NCBI GenBank assembly: GCA_030390025.1
Contig: CM059437.1
Location: 54,436,001 to 54,500,000, forward strand
Length of the DNA: 64,000 nucleotides
Origin: Squalus acanthias
Lineage: Eukaryota
Direction: 5' to 3'
Both the position numbers and the translations under genes were made by a program. How positions within the stretch are numbered: the stretch's first letter is position 1; each line of letters begins with the position of its first letter. This document shows positions 62,860-64,000 of the stretch, one piece after another. Under the pieces are notes generated by a model. The model made no database searches. It was given only the letters and a program-made list of their open reading frames with translations, and was not told the DNA's origin.

Positions 62860-64000
62860 TTCAAGAATCTTATGTATTCGTCTAATATACCATCAGTAAA
62901 CGTTCTTTGAACAAAGTTCGAAATTAAAGGTTATTTTTTTTAGTTTAATTGCTGTATTTGAAGTTATAACAATGAATATGCAGTTAGTTTGTTTGCTTGA
63001 TTCCAATGGGTGAACCCAAGAGTGTGCTGAGTCTACAGTCATCACACCTTTACTGTCTCATTGCAGTGAAATAAAATTATTGTTCCACTGTCTCAGATGA
63101 TGTTATTCTTTTCTTGCTTTAATTCTCTCCGAATTTATGACCATTTTTAAAACGTTCAAATCTCGAGGTTTCACTCTTTGTGAACTTTTTCAAATTTACA
63201 TAAAGCCGCCAAACTCTCGATCGAAATAACGATTTTACAGAATGGATGGGTGTCGGGTTCGAAAAATAACAAGGTATAAAATGTTAAATTCGGTTTGTAT
63301 ATTGATTGAAATACATTGCGTCTGTGATTGCGTTTAAGGTTCTCCTTTTTTCTGTATGACCTCGGTGAGAAACTACATAAATACCAAATAACATTGTATC
63401 ATACCCGTTGGAAAAGATAAATCTTAATCAGCGTTGAAGTGGAACGAGAATAGAACCTGAATTGAAAAGAGAACGCATAGAATCATAGAATGATGCCGCA
63501 CACAAGGAGGCCATTCGGTCCATCGAGCTTGTACCGGCTCTTTAAAAGAGCTTGTCCAATCGTACCACTCCACTGCTCTTTCCCCATAGCCCTGCAATTT
63601 TCTCCTCTTCAAGTATTTCAGCACCATCTCTGAATTCATGCTACAAGTAGGTAAAGTATGATCAGAAACATCCACATGTTAGAGTTTATTTTGAATCCAT
63701 TTTAATTGCATTGACCAGACACATAAGAACATGAACAGTACAAATGCCCCTTTTTGTGCAAAATGCTTCGTGAACCAAAGGTATCGCTGTGGAGTGTTAG
63801 AATGTGTACATAGAAAACGGCTAAATTAGGATAACTTGACATGATCAGAATGCATTATGGCTGAACGCCTTGAGAATTAGTAATGTTACGATAGGACAAA
63901 CTCGATTAGGGATAATGGAAAAATACATGACTGAACTCATCATAGCCATGTAAGAAAAGAACCATAAGAGATTTTGAGATAAAAAGAACTGGAACAAGGG

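Noticed and set aside
1-64000. Assembly artefact (false duplication) or somatically rearranged B-cell DNA
   Set aside because: The units differ by many substitutions and by TSD-flanked insertions. Both VJ exons share J and CDR3 length, as expected for germline-joined paralogs.

Overview
Eukaryotic (vertebrate) genomic DNA, almost certainly a cartilaginous fish (shark-type). The window covers three tandem, + strand immunoglobulin light-chain clusters of the lambda/type II (NS3-like) class, spaced about 32.3 kb (A to B) and 27.9 kb (B to C). Cluster A shows only the end of its J-C intron and its C exon (2336-2658). Clusters B and C each have an octamer promoter, a leader exon, a germline-joined VJ exon with no RSS, and a C exon. 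Cluster C is intact (240 aa). Cluster B has an intact leader and VJ but a 34-nt frameshifting deletion at the start of C. The spacers are paralogous and full of nested mobile DNA: a decayed 12-kb retrovirus-like provirus (two RNase H domains, 1.3-kb LTRs, CCAC TSD) and its internally deleted paralog, CR1, L2 and RTE LINE fragments, PIF/Harbinger MITEs with 3-bp TSDs and transposase relics, a probable solo LTR, and Penelope-derived pieces. The most unusual signals are two independent, cluster-specific Penelope-type fold-back insertions carrying minimal hammerhead-ribozyme cores, the possible V-only product of cluster B, CDR3-focused divergence between the pre-joined VJ genes, and a provirus of uncertain (loki- or spuma-related) lineage. 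Most short ORFs in the track are repeat-derived noise. All comparisons were made by eye.
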